Of a stretch of DNA of 64,000 bases, positions 60,926 to 64,000 are shown one piece after another. Within the stretch, counting starts at the first letter, position 1. Every line of letters starts with the position of its first letter. The stretch spans positions 130,801-194,800 of the forward strand of contig NW_013657667.1 of NCBI RefSeq assembly GCF_000142905.1. Direction: 5' to 3'. This stretch comes from Thecamonas trahens ATCC 50062 (Eukaryota; Protista; Apusomonadida). The notes under the pieces are model-generated. The model did no database searches. It was not told where the DNA came from and saw only the letters and a program-made list of their open reading frames with translations. Both the position numbers and the translations under genes were made by a program.

Positions 60926-62386
60926 ATGGCAGGCACAAGCAAGAGAAAGCGCTCCTCTGGCGACGACGGCAAGGTTGACAAGCGGGCCAAGGATCTCTCC
61001 GGCAAGGCCAAGTCCAAGTCCAAGTCCAAGGACAAGTCCAAGTCCAAATCCAAGTCCAAGTCCAAGTCGAAGGACAAGTCCAAGGCCAAGGACAAGTCCA
61101 AGGCCAAGCCGCCGGCATCAACAATGGCCAGCACGGCGCCGAAAGGCGATGGCTTGCTCTTCCCGGCGCTGGCCAAACCTCTGTCTGCGGTGGCCGAGAC
61201 GATCAAGAATGCTGCTAATGCCAAGACGAGCAAGAATGCCGTAGATGCGCCGGTGGAGAAGCTGACCAAGTTGCAGCGCGGTCTGGTGTCCAAGATTGTG
61301 GAGCGCAAGAAGGCGGTCAAGGGCGGCAAGGGTGGAAAGGGCGGCAAGAACACATACACCAAGACGCCCGAGCAAAAGGCCGAGGCCGAACGGAAGAACC
61401 GGTGCACGGTACTGATCAAGGGTTTGCCCGGTGGCGTCACCGACCGCGGCATCAAGAAGCTGTGCCAGTCGATCGGCCCGATTGCGTCAATCAAGACGGC
61501 CCGCGACAAGGAGACCGGCAAGTGCCTCGGCTTTTCCTGGATCGAGTTCAAGTACGACGACCTGCCTGCACGCGCTGCGCAGAGGTTGCACAACTCGTAC
61601 TATTTGGGCGTTCAGATCTCGGTTGTCCCGCGCAACTCCAAGGTCAAGACCTCTCAGCGCAAGATCGAGGCCGAGCAGCGCCGCCGCGAGGCCAAACTGG
61701 CGCTCAACGCTGAGCTGGGCATCACCGAGAAGCAAGGCGACGACGAGGCTTCTGCTGCTGCCGCAGACATTGATCCCGACCTCGAAATTCTCCGTGGCGC
61801 CGACGAAGATATTGCGCCTGGCAACGTCGACCAAGACTTGCTCGCCAAGCTCGTCGGCCGCATCCAGACCGCTCGCAAGACCGGCTTCATTCCCAAGCCT
61901 ATCACTGACCTCGATGCTGTCGATGACGACGACGACGATGACGCTGCTGCCGCGGGTGGCGAAGCGCCTGCAACCCGCAAGCGGACTGTCGAAGACTATG
62001 CCGAGCTCTCCAAGTCGCTTGCTGGCAAGACGCCGACCGTCTTTGTCGGCAACATGCCGTTCACGATGGATGAGCCCTCACTTCGGTCCTTTATCACCGG
62101 CCTCGGCTTTGGCGACATTGCCGACATCCGCCTCATCTTCGACAACACCAAGCGCCGTCCGGTCTTCAAGGGCGCCGCCACCGTCGAGTTTAACTCGCCT
62201 GAGGTCGCTGCCAACTTTGTCAAGCTCCCACGTCACCACCTCAAGACCGGCGGCCGCAAGCTGCGTCTTCTCCTTGCCCGCGAGCACCGCCTCGCCCAGG
62301 ATCAGGTCCAGATGCATGCCCAGGCCCAGGCCGATGCCGAGGCCGTGGCTGAGGTCCGGAACCGTGCCATGACCATTGAACACTAG
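60926..62386 (+). CDS. Two-RRM nucleolar-type RNA-binding protein (RBM34/Nop12/Nop13-like)
   Basis: Lys/Ser-rich N-terminus; RRM1 TVLIKGLP..DKETGKCLGFSWIEF; RRM2 TVFVGNMPF..FKGAATVEF. Confidence 0.85.
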   Translation: MAGTSKRKRSSGDDGKVDKRAKDLSGKAKSKSKSKDKSKSKSKSKSKSKDKSKAKDKSKAKPPASTMASTAPKGDGLLFPALAKPLSAVAETIKNAANAKTSKNAVDAPVEKLTKLQRGLVSKIVERKKAVKGGKGGKGGKNTYTKTPEQKAEAERKNRCTVLIKGLPGGVTDRGIKKLCQSIGPIASIKTARDKETGKCLGFSWIEFKYDDLPARAAQRLHNSYYLGVQISVVPRNSKVKTSQRKIEAEQRRREAKLALNAELGITEKQGDDEASAAAADIDPDLEILRGADEDIAPGNVDQDLLAKLVGRIQTARKTGFIPKPITDLDAVDDDDDDDAAAAGGEAPATRKRTVEDYAELSKSLAGKTPTVFVGNMPFTMDEPSLRSFITGLGFGDIADIRLIFDNTKRRPVFKGAATVEFNSPEVAANFVKLPRHHLKTGGRKLRLLLAREHRLAQDQVQMHAQAQADAEAVAEVRNRAMTIEH

Positions 62387-62632
62387 CCGCCGCCCCCCCC
62401 ACCGCCCCCGCGCCATGTGATCGGAAAGCTGGACATTTATGGGCACGTACAGCTCGAGATGTGTGGCTGTGTTGCTGACCCATAGCTACAAATATTTTCA
62501 GCCTATCCACCCCCCACCCCCCACCCCCAACCAACCCCAAGTCAGACCACGTGATGCACCGCAGCAATTCCCCGTCCCCCGCCCTCGCCACGACACACAC
62601 CCCACCCCCTCCCACGCCGGCCTGTTTTCAAA

Positions 62633-63163
62633 ATGCAGATGTGGTTCACTCTGGAGACCAGCGACCTGGGCCACTTGCTGTTCCACGGGTGGAAGGTGGA
62701 GAGCACCGGTGCGCTGGTCTTTGCTGCTGCCGTCTCGGCTGTCATGGCCGCTGTCTTCACCTTTGTCAAGTCGTGGCTCGTCCCCCGCGTCGACGCTGCT
62801 GCCCGCATCGCCGCTATTGAGGCCTCTTCCTCGCGCCACACTCGCCTCCCGCCGCTAGCTGGTGCCTGGGCGCACGAGTCGGTCGCCCTCAATCGCTCAG
62901 CCGCTGCCGTGTACTCGGGCGCAGACTCGGGCCGTAGACCCCTCATCGCCGGTATGCCGGGCGCTATGGTGCCGGGCATGCACGAGCCGGCTCGCCCATT
63001 TGCTCCCTGGCTGTGGCAGCTTGTCCGCGCTGGGACCCACGTCCTCCACATCACCATCGGCTATGCTGTCATGCTCATCGCCATGTCGTACTCGGCCTGG
63101 CTCTTCTTTGCCATCCTTGCCGGCGTCTTTGTGGGCTACCTCGTCGCCAACCTCGCCCGCTGA
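62633..63163 (+). CDS. CTR-family copper transporter
   Basis: MQMWF..LLFHGW N-terminus, three TM helices and the MxxxM-x12-GxxxG signature (MLIAMSYSAWLFFAILAGVFVG). Confidence 0.92.
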   Translation: MQMWFTLETSDLGHLLFHGWKVESTGALVFAAAVSAVMAAVFTFVKSWLVPRVDAAARIAAIEASSSRHTRLPPLAGAWAHESVALNRSAAAVYSGADSGRRPLIAGMPGAMVPGMHEPARPFAPWLWQLVRAGTHVLHITIGYAVMLIAMSYSAWLFFAILAGVFVGYLVANLAR

Positions 63164-63182
63164 TCCGGCATGGTCTCCACGC

Positions 63183-64000
63183 TCAGGCCTTGGGCCCAGA
63201 TCCGGTCCTGGCCGTGACCCCGCCCACCACTGGATGCGTGAGCAATACCTGCAGGACATCGCCAAGCATGTCACCGTAGTCGTTGCATAGCGAGTACTGC
63301 GAGGCCGGCACGCCCACGCCCAGCACATAACCGAGTGCATGGCCGCGGCTTCCCCGACCGCCCGCCGAGCCGGTCAGCCAGAACCAATAGTGATCGCGGA
63401 GGACAGATCCGACCCGCCAGTGTGCCGCAAGGCACAGGGTCTTGAACACGTCCTCAGTGGCGTCGTCCAGAACCCGCGCAGCGTCTACCAGCGCTCGGCC
63501 GCCCGGCGCAAGCTGTGCATAAACCGCATCCTCCACAAGCGGCGCGTCGCGGACCGTTCCGGTCACCTTGAACGGCAGCTGGAGCCAAGTCACCGCTGCG
63601 TTGCGCCACCGCTCTACTGCATCACCAGCAGCATCCGCGACATCGTTGACGGCCGGATACGCCGCCAGCGCCAGCGCCACGCCGACCACTCGCACGTCGG
63701 CCGGCGTCAGCACGCCAGCAGCGGCTCTGGACGCCACACGCGTCCCCATCCAAACACCGACCGCCGCCACAGCCTTGACCGCGTCCTCGGCCGCATCGTC
63801 TGCGCCGTCAACCGCAAAGCCAAATAGGCCCGCTAGCTCGGCCACCAGCGGCAGCGGCGGCGTCAGCGCCGTCCCGCCCACCGCGTCCGCCAGCCGCCCC
63901 GCCAGCGCCCCCGGCATGCCCGCCAGGACACCAAGCGGGAGAAGCGCCGCCACAAAAACCACAGCCGCCACAGCCACATCCCTCCGCCCGAGCCAGCTTC
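63183..64000 (-). CDS. 3' part of an uncharacterised Ala/Val-rich, probably membrane-associated protein; continues beyond the window
   Basis: Open frame of at least 264 aa with hydrophobic segments and coding-like codon bias. Confidence 0.55.
   Translation of the reverse strand, partial: SWLGRRDVAVAAVVFVAALLPLGVLAGMPGALAGRLADAVGGTALTPPLPLVAELAGLFGFAVDGADDAAEDAVKAVAAVGVWMGTRVASRAAAGVLTPADVRVVGVALALAAYPAVNDVADAAGDAVERWRNAAVTWLQLPFKVTGTVRDAPLVEDAVYAQLAPGGRALVDAARVLDDATEDVFKTLCLAAHWRVGSVLRDHYWFWLTGSAGGRGSRGHALGYVLGVGVPASQYSLCNDYGDMLGDVLQVLLTHPVVGGVTARTGSGPKA

Overview
GC-rich, gene-dense, intron-poor eukaryotic genomic DNA from a flagellated heterotrophic protist. Composition, GT-AG introns and ciliary genes are consistent with an apusomonad such as Thecamonas; this identification is inference only. 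It is a draft assembly with two 100-N gaps. About 30 protein genes can be supported: NC2-alpha/DRAP1, aspartate aminotransferase, MAPK15/ERK7, PIG-B, UMP-CMP kinase, CENP-K, malonyl-CoA decarboxylase, IFT70/TTC30, an NHE-type exchanger, adenylosuccinate lyase, SRP68, an AGC kinase, RPL23, an RRM protein, a CTR copper transporter and several novel multidomain proteins. There is also an MPDU1 pseudogene. Highlights: (1) a stand-alone BAR protein whose motif spacing matches fungal eisosome Pil1/Lsp1; (2) SRP68 acting as a snoRNA host, with two C/D RNAs carrying readable 18S guides (Cm1703/Cm1639-equivalent; Am166- and possibly Um172-equivalent) and a third structured ACA-ending RNA; (3) unusual fusions: FHA + CbbX/SpoVK AAA, acylated CHAT pseudoprotease, ankyrin + AKAP28 (hidden by a frameshift), plant-type LRR + TRP-like multipass membrane domain, H1-like + chromoshadow-like, and a UBASH3-like 2H phosphoesterase; (4) about nine single-base frameshifts, mostly at short homopolymers and most likely sequencing errors. 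All homology calls come from motif recognition by eye, not from database searches.
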